From: Escherichia coli
GTDB lineage: Bacteria; Pseudomonadota; Gammaproteobacteria; Enterobacterales; Enterobacteriaceae
NCBI RefSeq assembly: GCF_044324785.1
Contig: NZ_CP172127.1
DNA length: 64,000 nt
Direction: 5' to 3' (one strand)
Within the stretch, counting starts at the first letter, position 1. Every line of letters starts with the position of its first letter. Shown here one piece after another: positions 21,313-34,442 of this stretch. The notes beneath the pieces were generated by a model. That model made no database searches. It was not told the origin of the DNA and worked only from the letters and a program-made list of their open reading frames with translations. The translations under genes were made by a program, and so were the position numbers.

Positions 21313-22031
21313 CGCAGATGACGACCGCCATCAAGTGGGAAACTGCGTCCGGTGACAAAGCAGCTGGTAAGTAAGTAATCGACCAGGTCGATCACTTCTT
21401 TCTCGCCAGGCGCGGTTTTCATCAGTGATTTATTCAGCGCCTGTTGTCGATATTCGGCATCATCATGTTCATTAAACAGGATCAGCGATGGCGCAATAGA
21501 ATTCACTTTCACTTCCGGTGCCAGCTTGCGGGCAAACGAGCGAGTCATATTATCCAGTGCCGCTTTGCTTGCAGCATAGGCAATATGTTTGTCGCTACCG
21601 CGCTCCACCACATAATCGGTAAAGTGAATGATATCGCTGGCGGCGTGTCCGTGCCCACGCAGTAATCTTTCCAGGGCATGGTTGAGTAGATATGGGGTAT
21701 TAACGTGGATCTGCATCATGCAAGCCAGTACGTCGGACAGTGGCGCACCCGGTTTTTCCGCCATCCACGCGCTGGCGTTATGCAAAATAGCACGCAGACC
21801 ATGGGTACTTTTTAGTACTTCATCGGCAAACGCCATCACACCGTCGTTGGTCGAAAAATCAGCCTGAATACACTGCGCACCTGCCTTAATCAGTCCATCA
21901 ATGGCTGGATAGTGCGTCCGATAGCTGACAATCACCGGTTGCTTTTGATTAATGAAATGCCATGCGAGGGCGAGGCCGATGCGACGACCACCGCCAGTAA
22001 TTAATATTGGCAAGGGCTGGGCTTTACCCAT
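21309..22031 (-). CDS. folM: dihydromonapterin/dihydrofolate reductase (SDR)
   Basis: ORF 240 aa (MGKAQPLPILITGGGRRIGLALAW...), SDR motifs. Confidence 0.9.
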   Translation of the reverse strand: MGKAQPLPILITGGGRRIGLALAWHFINQKQPVIVSYRTHYPAIDGLIKAGAQCIQADFSTNDGVMAFADEVLKSTHGLRAILHNASAWMAEKPGAPLSDVLACMMQIHVNTPYLLNHALERLLRGHGHAASDIIHFTDYVVERGSDKHIAYAASKAALDNMTRSFARKLAPEVKVNSIAPSLILFNEHDDAEYRQQALNKSLMKTAPGEKEVIDLVDYLLTSCFVTGRSFPLDGGRHLR

Positions 22032-22067
22032 CGTTATCTCCTTTGCTATCCAACGATGGGATGAACG

Positions 22068-23450
22068 TTATCCCACCAGCATCCAGGTCGCCGGAACTGA
22101 GGCAATTAACAGCATGCCAATTAGCACCATTTCCTGACGGTTCAGTACGTTATCATTTGTATGCGTTTTACGCGCATAAAGGAAAACCAGCAGCCCCGGC
22201 GCATACAGAACAACGGATAACAGCAAGTGCATTGGACCAGAGGCGTACAATAACCATAAGCCATAAATGCAGGCACCGACACCTACCGCTTTATGCAGTG
22301 GACGGGTTGCGATTTTCAGCAAGAACGCGCCGACCAGGAAATAGGGCACCAGAATCATTTCTGAGGCGATGGTCAGCAATGTGTTGTAATCGGAACCGGT
22401 CAGCCAGATGAGTACCAGACAAATTTGCACGCAGATGTTGGTCAGCCACAGTGAAGCGGATGGCGCAGCTTGTGCGTTCTGGCGCGCAAAAATGCGCGGG
22501 AATGCTTTATGAGTGGCTGCCAGGAACGGAACTTCTGCCGCCATGATGGTCCAGCTTAAGTACGCGCCGCAAACGGAAACGATCAAACCGGCAGCGATGA
22601 TGATTTCGCCCCACGGTCCCATCATTTCCACCATCAGACCGGCCATTGACGGGTTACGAATTTCAGCCAGTTCAGGACGTGCCACCACGCCCAGCGAAAG
22701 CAGCGTTACCAGCAAGTAAACGCCCAGAGCGGAGAGAACCGCCAGCAGTGTCGCTTTGCCAACATCACGTTTATTACGCGCACGCGCAGAAACAACCACG
22801 GCACCTTCCACACCAATGAAAACCCACAGGGTGATCAGCATGGTGTTTTTCACCTGTTCCCACACGGGTACGCCAAGTGCAAGTCCGGTGAAGTCGAGCT
22901 TGAAGGTATCCAGTTTGAACATCATCATCGCCAGCACAACAAACAGACCCAGCGGCAACAATTTTGCCAGTGTCGCCACCAGGTTAATGCTGGCAGCGGT
23001 TTGCACTCCGCGCAGGATCAAAAAGTGAACAATCCACAATAAAGCCGATGCACCGAGGATCGATTGCCAGGTATTACCATCGCCAAACAGGCGCAATTCC
23101 GGCGTGTCCGTAAAAAAGCTTAACGCGGAAAAAACGATCACCAGATAGGAGACGTTGGCGATGACTGCGCACAGCCAGTATCCCCATGCGGAACAAAAGC
23201 CGATTAGCTCGCCAAACCCTTCGCGGGCATAGGTAAAGATACCGCCGTCAAGTTCGGGACGAATGCGCGTGAGGATCAACATGGCAAAGGCCAGCAATAA
23301 AATGCCAGCGCCAGTAATGCCCCAGCCGATGAGCAGTGCTGCCGGGCTGGCAACTGCTGCCATATTTTGCGGCAGACTGAAAACACCCGCGCCCAGCATT
23401 GAGCTTAATACCAGCGCGGTGAGTGCGCTCAGTCCCAGTTTCTTTTCCAT
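22068..23450 (-). CDS. ydgI: APC-family amino acid antiporter (putative arginine:ornithine)
   Basis: ORF 460 aa polytopic membrane protein, expected position. Confidence 0.88.
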   Translation of the reverse strand: MEKKLGLSALTALVLSSMLGAGVFSLPQNMAAVASPAALLIGWGITGAGILLLAFAMLILTRIRPELDGGIFTYAREGFGELIGFCSAWGYWLCAVIANVSYLVIVFSALSFFTDTPELRLFGDGNTWQSILGASALLWIVHFLILRGVQTAASINLVATLAKLLPLGLFVVLAMMMFKLDTFKLDFTGLALGVPVWEQVKNTMLITLWVFIGVEGAVVVSARARNKRDVGKATLLAVLSALGVYLLVTLLSLGVVARPELAEIRNPSMAGLMVEMMGPWGEIIIAAGLIVSVCGAYLSWTIMAAEVPFLAATHKAFPRIFARQNAQAAPSASLWLTNICVQICLVLIWLTGSDYNTLLTIASEMILVPYFLVGAFLLKIATRPLHKAVGVGACIYGLWLLYASGPMHLLLSVVLYAPGLLVFLYARKTHTNDNVLNRQEMVLIGMLLIASVPATWMLVG

Positions 23451-23635
23451 CGATATCCAGTGATTAAAACGTGATAAGAAGAATAAATATTAGGGCAAAA
23501 CGCATAAAAATGGAGTTTGCCACTGAAGCGCGGGATTTTACGAAGAGATGTGTCTGCATGCAATGGTCGCAGGGAAATTTGTGACTAAAAATGCGAAAGG
23601 CGGCATCAAGCCGCCTTATAGGAGTAACTGAATAG

Positions 23636-24580
23636 TTATTTATACAGATCTGCGCTGACGGTCAGGTTATTACCACGTTCCTGCCACTGGCGGGTGATGT
23701 GGTAATACTTAGCACCTTTCTTCGCGGCACGTTTCGCAACCTGATAGGAGACTTCGGTCATGTTGCCGTAGTTGCCAGAGAATTTGATGCTGTCGAACGG
23801 GACCATCATCGCTGCGGTCGCTTTGTTCAGTTCTTCGACTTTAGTGCCATCCGGGAGCGTGACGGTGTAACGCCCGCCTTTTGATGACTGGGTTTCAAAG
23901 AAGCGACCGACTTCAGAACTTGGTGATGCGGTAGTCGCAACACCCGGGATCTCAACTTTCTTCGCAGCTTCGCCACCGGCAGCCAGAGCTGCACGTCCTG
24001 CTTCGGAATCTGCCGGGATCACAGCCGGGCTCTGGACGATACGTTTCTTAGCATCTTTTTTATAGATGAATGCAGTAATACGCTGGTTGCCGCCCTGGTT
24101 GGCATCGATTTGACGAACGATGTAGAAAGAGTAGGCACCTTTCGCTTTTGCCGCTTTGGTGATGGCATCATTGACTTCTGGCTGGCTACGATAGAAGCCC
24201 TGGACGGTGACCGTGTCAAACGGTTCAATCAGAACAGCCTGATCTTTCGGCAGTTCGACAACTCCGTTAATTACGCGATTACTTGTTTCTTCTGCTTTTT
24301 CAGCATCGGCTTTATAGAGGTCAGCGACCACACGCCAGTTACCGCTGTTACCAAAATCAGAAGTGTCGACAACATAAAAAGAGGCGGCACCTTCTTTATC
24401 TGCGCGACGAGAAACGGCTTTCACCGCTTCGCCAATAGCATTAAAACGACCGGTAACCACTACACGGTCAAAAGGTTTAACCGCTGCCGCTTGCTCCGGT
24501 GTCAGTTCTGTTGCTGCGTTAACGGAGAATGCCGTAGCAGAAAGCAGTGCCGACGCCAGGAGGGTGTTCTTAAGCTTCAT
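23636..24580 (-). CDS. ydgH: YdgH, DUF1471-repeat periplasmic protein
   Basis: ORF 314 aa with signal peptide and three internal repeats. Confidence 0.88.
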   Translation of the reverse strand: MKLKNTLLASALLSATAFSVNAATELTPEQAAAVKPFDRVVVTGRFNAIGEAVKAVSRRADKEGAASFYVVDTSDFGNSGNWRVVADLYKADAEKAEETSNRVINGVVELPKDQAVLIEPFDTVTVQGFYRSQPEVNDAITKAAKAKGAYSFYIVRQIDANQGGNQRITAFIYKKDAKKRIVQSPAVIPADSEAGRAALAAGGEAAKKVEIPGVATTASPSSEVGRFFETQSSKGGRYTVTLPDGTKVEELNKATAAMMVPFDSIKFSGNYGNMTEVSYQVAKRAAKKGAKYYHITRQWQERGNNLTVSADLYK

Positions 24581-25040
24581 AAAAATAATCCTTCGCCTTG
24601 CGCAAACCAGGTACTGGTATTGTTATTAACGAGAAACGTGGCTGATTATTGCATTTAAACGGTGTAACTGTCTGCGTCATTTTTCATATCACATTCCTTA
24701 AGCCAATTTTAATCCTGCTCAAATGACCGTCTATGCTTAAAAAACAGCCGTATCAGCATCAATACTACTAAAACAACTGAATTGTATAAGTTAATTTAAT
24801 GTTAAGTAGTGATTCGTGCCGGGGCGATATCACGTTTTACCCGACCGTCGAAGACAATTATCAGTCTTTATCCGGCGTTCTAAGGTGTTTATCCCACTAT
24901 CACGGCTGAATCGTTAATATTTTGCGAGTTCACGCCGAAATACTGATTTTTGGCGCTAGATCACAGGCATAATTTTCAGTACGTTATAGGACGTTTGTTA
25001 CTAATTTATTTTAACGGAGTAACATTTAGCTCGTACATGA

Positions 25041-26636
<1,596 letters not shown>

Positions 26637-26643
26637 GGGGTAA

Positions 26644-28035
<1,392 letters not shown>

Positions 28036-28040
28036 ACTTG

Positions 28041-28060
28041 ACGGCCTCTGCGGAGGCCGT
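28041..28060. terminator. Bidirectional terminator hairpin between pntB and tqsA
   Basis: ACGGCCTC-tgcg-GAGGCCGT hairpin with flanking A/T runs; overlaps tqsA stop. Confidence 0.7.
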
Positions 28061-29094
28061 CACTCTTTATTGAGATCGCTTAACAGAACGGCGATGCTTT
28101 GACCTCCCGCTGTTTGTTCAAGCGCAATTTTGACAATAATTGTCAACGGCACGGAAAGCAGCATACCCACCGGTCCTAACAACCATCCCCAAAAAATCAA
28201 CGACAGAAATACCACCAATGTGGAAAGCCCCAGCCCACGCCCCATGATGCGCGGCTCCAGAATATTGCCGAAGACCAGATTAATCAGCAGATAACCCGCC
28301 AGCACCAGCAACGCTTCGTAGAAGCCATTAAACACCAGTACCTGAGCGATAGGGGGGATTGCCGCGAGAACTGAACCAATATTCGGGATGTAATTAAGCG
28401 CAAAGGCCAGCAATCCCCAGACAAAAGCGAAGCGAACATCGAGTGCGGCGAGCATCGCCCAGGCGACCAGGCCGGTGATGATGCTGATGGCTGTTTTCAG
28501 CACCAGATAATGAGAAACACTGTCAATCGCACGCTGAATCGCCGCCATCCCTTCAGCCGGACGCGCCATCATTTGCTGAAATTTTCCGGGCAATTGTGGC
28601 ACTTCGAGCAGCATAAACAGTACCGTCAGCAACAATAAAAATATTGATGACATGGCATTAGATAACTGCGTCAATAAGTTGGTGAGCAACGTCATCGCCG
28701 CGTTCGGATCAATGTAATGCGCCAGTTGGTCAACTGAGACGTCAATCCCTACGCGTTGCAACAACGGTTCAAGAGCTTGCAGCGGCGTCATAATAGAGTT
28801 GCGATATTGCGGTAACGTCCGCGTCAACTCGTTGAGCGCGGAACCCAGATAAGCTAACAGCAACACCATCGCCATCACGATGATGGTCATCAAAATCGAC
28901 ACCGCCAGTACACGCGGCACTCGCCAGCGCACCATGTGTTGCACCAGCGGGTTAAGAATAACAGCAATAAATAATGCGAGAATAAACGGCACGATGATCT
29001 CGGCGGCAAAACGGATACCGCAGAGAATAATGACCAGCATTCCCAACATAATGACGATTTTTAGGCCATTGAGCGTGATGATCGGCTTTGCCAT
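28060..29094 (-). CDS. tqsA: AI-2 exporter family membrane protein
   Basis: ORF 344 aa polytopic membrane protein, expected position. Confidence 0.88.
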   Translation of the reverse strand: MAKPIITLNGLKIVIMLGMLVIILCGIRFAAEIIVPFILALFIAVILNPLVQHMVRWRVPRVLAVSILMTIIVMAMVLLLAYLGSALNELTRTLPQYRNSIMTPLQALEPLLQRVGIDVSVDQLAHYIDPNAAMTLLTNLLTQLSNAMSSIFLLLLTVLFMLLEVPQLPGKFQQMMARPAEGMAAIQRAIDSVSHYLVLKTAISIITGLVAWAMLAALDVRFAFVWGLLAFALNYIPNIGSVLAAIPPIAQVLVFNGFYEALLVLAGYLLINLVFGNILEPRIMGRGLGLSTLVVFLSLIFWGWLLGPVGMLLSVPLTIIVKIALEQTAGGQSIAVLLSDLNKE

Positions 29095-29505
29095 GCTTGT
29101 CCCCGTTTTTTCTTCCTTTGCTAATAATAATGTCTTTTTCGCTCCGTCATCATAACGAAAATCAAACCGCTCAGGTAAAGAAGTGAAAATATTTTGAGTT
29201 AATTCTTAAGCTATGATACAAATCAGGCGTGTTCAACTACCGAGGACAATTATCATCCGCGATGACGAGAAGCAACACTGCGGATAATTGTAATATTATG
29301 GACAATTTGTTCAGGGCGTTATTTTCTACATTTACCCATCTTCGTACCTCATCCACTATCTTGCTCGTAGGTGAGCAGCACTGGCGCAACGCGCTTTAGT
29401 CCTTACTTCTGCCTAAGCTTGCGCCATGCGCGGAGCTTGACCACTTTACTTTGGTTTCGCTGAATTAAGCGAAAATTAAAATAATTCTCTTGCAGGAGAA
29501 GGACA

Positions 29506-29871
29506 ATGTATATTTATTGGATTTTATTAGGTCTGGCTATTGCTACAGAAATTACCGGTACGCTGTCCATGAAATGGGCGAGCGTCAGTGAGGGAAATGG
29601 CGGCTTTATTTTAATGCTGGTGATGATTTCTCTGTCGTATATATTTCTCTCTTTCGCCGTTAAAAAAATTGCCTTAGGCGTAGCTTATGCGCTGTGGGAA
29701 GGTATCGGTATTTTATTTATTACCTTGTTTAGCGTTTTGTTATTCGACGAAAGTTTATCGCTGATGAAAATTGCCGGGTTAACCACCCTGGTGGCCGGGA
29801 TTGTGTTGATCAAATCAGGTACCCGTAAAGCGTGTAAACCTGAACTGGAGGTGAACCATGGCGCAGTTTGA
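29506..29871 (+). CDS. mdtJ: SMR-family spermidine/multidrug exporter subunit
   Basis: ORF 121 aa, four TM helices. Confidence 0.9.
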
Positions 29872-30187
29872 ATGGGTTCACGCCGCCTGGCTGGCATTGG
29901 CAATCGTGCTGGAAATCGTTGCTAACGTCTTTTTGAAATTTTCTGACGGCTTTCGTCGCAAAATATTTGGCTTGCTCTCTCTGGCGGCGGTGCTGGCTGC
30001 CTTTAGTGCGCTTTCTCAGGCCGTTAAAGGGATCGACTTGTCTGTCGCTTATGCATTGTGGGGCGGATTTGGTATTGCCGCCACGTTAGCCGCAGGTTGG
30101 ATCTTGTTTGGTCAACGGTTAAATCGTAAAGGCTGGATTGGCCTGGTCTTGCTGTTGGCTGGAATGATCATGGTGAAACTTGCCTGA
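29858..30187 (+). CDS. mdtI: SMR-family spermidine/multidrug exporter subunit
   Basis: ORF 109 aa, overlaps mdtJ end by 14 nt. Confidence 0.9.
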
Positions 30188-30193
30188 TGAACA

Positions 30194-30220
30194 CGCTGCC
30201 CGCACTGTCGGGCAGCGTTT
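30194..30220. terminator. Bidirectional terminator between mdtI and ydgD
   Basis: CGCTGCCCG-cactgt-CGGGCAGCG hairpin followed by TTT...TTTTT. Confidence 0.7.
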
Positions 30221-30225
30221 GAACA

Positions 30226-31047
30226 TTATTTTTGCGACAGTTGATCCAGCTTGTCGCGAAAACCGGTAACAGAAATGGCCCGGTTATCGGCGCGCCAGCG
30301 ATCTTTCGCGGCAGGAGCCGAACTTTGCACCCCAATTAATTGCCAGCCGTCATCGGTATGCAACATCAGCGGCGAACCGCTGTCACCCGGCAAGGTATCG
30401 CACTGATGTGACATCACCGACGTTTGCGCCCAGCCAGTCACTTCACAGTTTTGATGACTGTACAACGTATCGAGATGATCTTCAGGGTATCCTGCCTGAG
30501 TCACTTTACGACCTGCCGCTTTTAATGCGGCGGTAAGCGCGGCTTTATCTCCCTCAAATAACGGCAACGGCGTAATGCCAGAAGGGGGATTACGTAGCAC
30601 AATCAAACCGAAGTCCCACGGCGCAGCTGCGGGAGGAACAATCCAACCATCCCCATCTGCTTTTAACCGCTTTCCCAGTGTCGGATCAACGCGGCCTTCT
30701 ATGTCGTGGATCTCATAGCGCCAAAGACCTTTATTTGACACGAAACGCAGCGCTACCGCTTTATCGGCTTTACCCTTTGGCGGCGTCAATAAACAGTGTC
30801 CTGCCGTTAATGCCAGATTGGGTGCAATCAGCGTCGCCGTACATAAATTGCCGCTGGCCGTTTCCAGTTGGCCAACCGCATCCCACGGTGATTGGGTCGT
30901 GTCATTCACTGGCACACGATCATCATGACCAAAAAACAGGGTGCTGACCTCATCGTTTGCCGATTTGGCAACGTCTGGTTTATCTGCAAACACAAAAGCA
31001 GACGTCAAACTAATTGCACCCAACACTACAGCAATGGTTGTACGCAT
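30226..31047 (-). CDS. ydgD: trypsin-like secreted serine peptidase
   Basis: ORF 273 aa with signal peptide; TAGHC and GDSGSPL catalytic motifs. Confidence 0.88.
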   Translation of the reverse strand: MRTTIAVVLGAISLTSAFVFADKPDVAKSANDEVSTLFFGHDDRVPVNDTTQSPWDAVGQLETASGNLCTATLIAPNLALTAGHCLLTPPKGKADKAVALRFVSNKGLWRYEIHDIEGRVDPTLGKRLKADGDGWIVPPAAAPWDFGLIVLRNPPSGITPLPLFEGDKAALTAALKAAGRKVTQAGYPEDHLDTLYSHQNCEVTGWAQTSVMSHQCDTLPGDSGSPLMLHTDDGWQLIGVQSSAPAAKDRWRADNRAISVTGFRDKLDQLSQK

Positions 31048-31146
31048 ATCACACTCTGGTGGGTAATTATGATTATTAAAAGCAAACCCTCATAAATACT
31101 ATAGACGGGACGGGATGAAAGTGGGAGTAAAATCAGATAACTACGA

Positions 31147-31230
31147 TCAGGAAAGATAAAAACGGGCGGCAATCAGTGCGCATAAAATAAGGATGATAAG
31201 AATGAACTCAAAGCGATAACGGCCCACCAT
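31147..31230 (-). CDS. ydgU: 27-aa hydrophobic small protein (MVGRYRFEFILIILILCALIAARFYLS)
   Basis: Not in ORF track (too short); ATG preceded by GGAGGG Shine-Dalgarno 4 nt upstream; single TM helix; recalled small gene in this interval. Confidence 0.6.
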   Translation of the reverse strand: MVGRYRFEFILIILILCALIAARFYLS

Positions 31231-31322
31231 ACTACCCTCCGCTAAAGGCGGTGCTAAACGTTACCCGCTTAGCACCGTAATTTTCAGGCGCGAGGGGGCG
31301 CGCCAGCATTACTGTTGAAAAC

Positions 31323-31631
31323 TTACGCTGCGGGTTGTGCAGCAGGTTTTGCCGGTTGCTGATGGCTGTGTTTCTTGGCGTGTTTCTTCGCTGCCTGCGC
31401 TTTTTGTTCAGGGGCTTTCTGTTCAGCTTTGGCATTTTTATGATGCTTTTTAGCCGCCTGCGCTTTCTGGGCAGGTGCTGCTTTATGCTGTTTTTTATGA
31501 TGTGTGGTTTTCGCAGGCGCTGCTTTGGTGGTCGTCGCAGTCGGAGCAGGTGTGGTCGCAGTCTCTGCAGCAAAGGCAGCAGAAGACAGACCCATAGCAG
31601 CGGCAACAACCAGAGCTAATACTTTTTTCAT
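31323..31631 (-). CDS. asr: acid shock protein, Lys/His/Ala-rich periplasmic
   Basis: Start at internal Met [21 protein letters not shown]... giving 102 aa; low-complexity repeats. Confidence 0.92.
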   Translation of the reverse strand: MKKVLALVVAAAMGLSSAAFAAETATTPAPTATTTKAAPAKTTHHKKQHKAAPAQKAQAAKKHHKNAKAEQKAPEQKAQAAKKHAKKHSHQQPAKPAAQPAA

Positions 31632-31734
31632 TGTCATACCCTCAATTTGTTTTTTCATTTAACCCCACTGCGGGGCCGTTGAAATAACTATATCCCTGGG
31701 AATGGCAGACTTCCGTGAGTGGTTGGTTTCAGCG

Positions 31735-31750
31735 TGTAACGATATGTACA
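31735..31750 (-). promoter_or_regulatory. RstA-box-like site upstream of asr (TGTACATATCGTTACA)
   Basis: Minus strand matches the RstA box pattern TACA-N4-GTTACA about 105-120 bp upstream of asr start. Confidence 0.4.
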
Positions 31751-32014
31751 AACGCTGAATAAATTACAGCATTGATAATAACGTATTGTGACTTAAGGAA
31801 AATTTAGCTACCAATAATAGTAGTCTTGATCGTGTTAACTATTTTACTACTTACAAAGCGGTAGAATAACTGCGCATCAGTAATAAATGACACACAGCAA
31901 AATGAATCCGTTTATTTGGGTACTTTTAATCCTGATGACACTAGATGCGCTGCGGGAATTGGCTGGCGCTTCGTCTATTTTAGGATGGCTATTAACGTTG
32001 GTTTGAGCAGGCAA

Positions 32015-32050
32015 TAAGTCCGGACGGGTATTTACCGCAGTCCGGACTTA
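32015..32050 (-). terminator. Terminator hairpin immediately after ynfM stop
   Basis: 11-bp stem TAAGTCCGGAC / GTCCGGACTTA with 14-nt loop; U-rich stretch follows on minus strand. Confidence 0.6.
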
Positions 32051-32054
32051 TTTT

Positions 32055-33308
32055 TCAGGCGTGCAGACGACGATGCAAACGCGTCCCGACCAGCAGAGCA
32101 ATGACCAGCATCAGAGCAATAAATGCGCCGACGCCGTTCCAGCCATAGTTATGCCAGAAAACACCACCCAGCGTCCCGGCAATACTCGACCCCAGATAGT
32201 AACTGAACAGATAGAGCGAGGAGGCCTGGCCTTTAGCGCGTTTTGCGCGGGGGCCGATCCAGCTGCTGGCTACTGAGTGGGCTGCGAAGAATCCGGCTGA
32301 GAAGAGTAACATTCCGGCAAAGATCAGCCACAGCGAGCTGAATAAGGTCATCAGTAAACCAAACAGCATAACCCCCGTCGAAAACAACATCACCGGACCG
32401 CGTCCATAGCGGGTGGTCATGGTTCCGGCTTTGGGTGAGCTCCATGTACCGGTCAAATAAGCCAGCGATAATAAGCCAACCACGGCCTGACTGACATGCC
32501 AGGGGGAGAGCATCAACCGATAGCCGATGTAATTAAACAGCGTGACGAACGACCCCATCAGCAAAAAGCCTTCTGCGAACAATAACGGTAATCCCCGGTC
32601 ACGCCAGTGCAGACGAAAGTTGATAAATAACGTCTTTGGTCGCAGGGAAGTCGGGCGAAAATGGCGTGATTCCGGGAGGATTTTCCAGAACATCAACGCC
32701 GAGGCCAGCGCGAAACAGCCGATAGCCGCCAGAGCAATTCGCCAGTTGAAAAAGTCCGTGAAGACACCGCTAATTAAGCGTCCGCTCATGCCGCCAATTG
32801 AGTTGCCGCTGATATACAACCCCATCGAAAAGGCCACGAAACTGGGGTGGATTTCCTCGCTAAGATAAGTCATGCCAACAGCTGCCACGCCACTTAACGA
32901 AAGCCCAATCAAGGCGCGCATAATCAAAATGCCGTGCCAGCTGGTCATCATTGTCGAAAGTAACGTACAAATGGAGGCCAACAGTAGCGCCGTGACCATC
33001 ACTGGTTTGCGACCAATGGCATCGGATAGCGGGCCAGTAAACAGCAAACCGATAGCCAACATCGCCGTGGAAATGGACAGTGAAATACTACTGTTCGCGG
33101 GCGTTAAGCCAAACTCTTGTGAAAGCACCGGAAGGATAGGTTGCACACAATAGAGAAGTGCGAAGGTTGCCAGTCCGGCAGAGAACAGCGCCAGGGTGAC
33201 GCGCATAAATTGCGGCGTACCGCGTTTAATAAATTGATTTGGCTGAGAAATGCTTTGCTTGTCAGTGTCGCTTGCCGGAGCGCCATCAACAGTTGTAGTA
33301 CGGCTCAC
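32055..33308 (-). CDS. ynfM: MFS transporter
   Basis: ORF 417 aa, 12-TM MFS pattern. Confidence 0.9.
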   Translation of the reverse strand: MSRTTTVDGAPASDTDKQSISQPNQFIKRGTPQFMRVTLALFSAGLATFALLYCVQPILPVLSQEFGLTPANSSISLSISTAMLAIGLLFTGPLSDAIGRKPVMVTALLLASICTLLSTMMTSWHGILIMRALIGLSLSGVAAVGMTYLSEEIHPSFVAFSMGLYISGNSIGGMSGRLISGVFTDFFNWRIALAAIGCFALASALMFWKILPESRHFRPTSLRPKTLFINFRLHWRDRGLPLLFAEGFLLMGSFVTLFNYIGYRLMLSPWHVSQAVVGLLSLAYLTGTWSSPKAGTMTTRYGRGPVMLFSTGVMLFGLLMTLFSSLWLIFAGMLLFSAGFFAAHSVASSWIGPRAKRAKGQASSLYLFSYYLGSSIAGTLGGVFWHNYGWNGVGAFIALMLVIALLVGTRLHRRLHA

Positions 33309-33414
33309 TTGAAATCCTTGCTAAATATGCCTGTGGATCAGGCTTATACATAGGGTAGGAAAATCGAATTGTTCTGTCTAATATATTAATAATCTCAAAT
33401 AAGATGTTTTAAAT

Positions 33415-34308
33415 ATGAATATTGAACTTCGTCATCTGCGTTACTTTGTTGCTGTTGCGGAAGAGCTGCATTTCGGGCGCGCCGCTGCCCGCCTGAATAT
33501 TTCGCAACCGCCGCTAAGTCAGCAGATTCAGGCGCTGGAGCAACAAATTGGTGCCCGACTGCTGGCACGAACCAATCGCAGTGTATTGCTGACGGCAGCA
33601 GGAAAACAGTTTCTTGCAGATAGTCGGCAAATCCTGTCTATGGTGGATGACGCTGCCGCTCGCGCTGAAAGACTGCATCAGGGTGAAGCGGGGGAGTTGC
33701 GTATTGGTTTTACTTCGTCCGCTCCTTTTATTCGGGCGGTGTCCGATACGTTATCGCTGTTTCGCCGTGATTATCCTGATGTCCATTTACAAACCCGCGA
33801 AATGAACACTCGCGAGCAAATCGCTCCGCTCATTGAAGGAACGCTGGATATGGGATTGCTGCGTAACACAGCGTTACCGGAGACGCTTGAACACGCAGTC
33901 ATCGTCCATGAACCGCTTATGGCGATGATCCCGCACGATCATCCCCTGGCAAATAACCCGAATGTAACGCTGGCTGAACTGGCGAAAGAACCCTTTGTCT
34001 TTTTTGATCCGCACGTCGGGACAGGGCTGTATGACGATATTCTCGGACTGATGCGACGTTACCATTTGACGCCCGTCATCACTCAGGAGGTGGGCGAGGC
34101 AATGACCATCATCGGTCTGGTTTCCGCCGGTCTGGGTGTTTCAATTTTGCCTGCGTCATTTAAACGTGTTCAGCTCAACGAAATGCGCTGGGTGCCGATT
34201 GCTGAAGAGGATGCGGTTTCTGAAATGTGGTTGGTCTGGCCGAAACATCATGAACAAAGTCCGGCTGCGCGTAACTTTCGTATTCATCTGCTGAATGCTC
34301 TCAGGTGA
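33415..34308 (+). CDS. ynfL: LysR-family transcriptional regulator
   Basis: ORF 297 aa, N-terminal HTH (MNIELRHLRYFVAVAEELHFGRAA...), divergent from ynfM. Confidence 0.9.
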   Translation: MNIELRHLRYFVAVAEELHFGRAAARLNISQPPLSQQIQALEQQIGARLLARTNRSVLLTAAGKQFLADSRQILSMVDDAAARAERLHQGEAGELRIGFTSSAPFIRAVSDTLSLFRRDYPDVHLQTREMNTREQIAPLIEGTLDMGLLRNTALPETLEHAVIVHEPLMAMIPHDHPLANNPNVTLAELAKEPFVFFDPHVGTGLYDDILGLMRRYHLTPVITQEVGEAMTIIGLVSAGLGVSILPASFKRVQLNEMRWVPIAEEDAVSEMWLVWPKHHEQSPAARNFRIHLLNALR

Positions 34309-34442
34309 GGGAAATTTCAGCGAAAAAGCCCGAAAAATGTGCTGTTAATCACATGCCTAAGTAAAAATTTGACGACACGTATTGAAGTGCTTCACCATAG
34401 CCTACAGATTATTTCGGAGCGCGAAAATATAGGGAGTATGCG

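Noticed and set aside
31232-31658. Alternative-frame ORFs (31232..31609 minus, 31335..31619 plus) across asr
   Set aside because: The repetitive Lys/Ala/His codons of asr keep several frames open; only the frame giving the signal-peptide-bearing Asr is credible.
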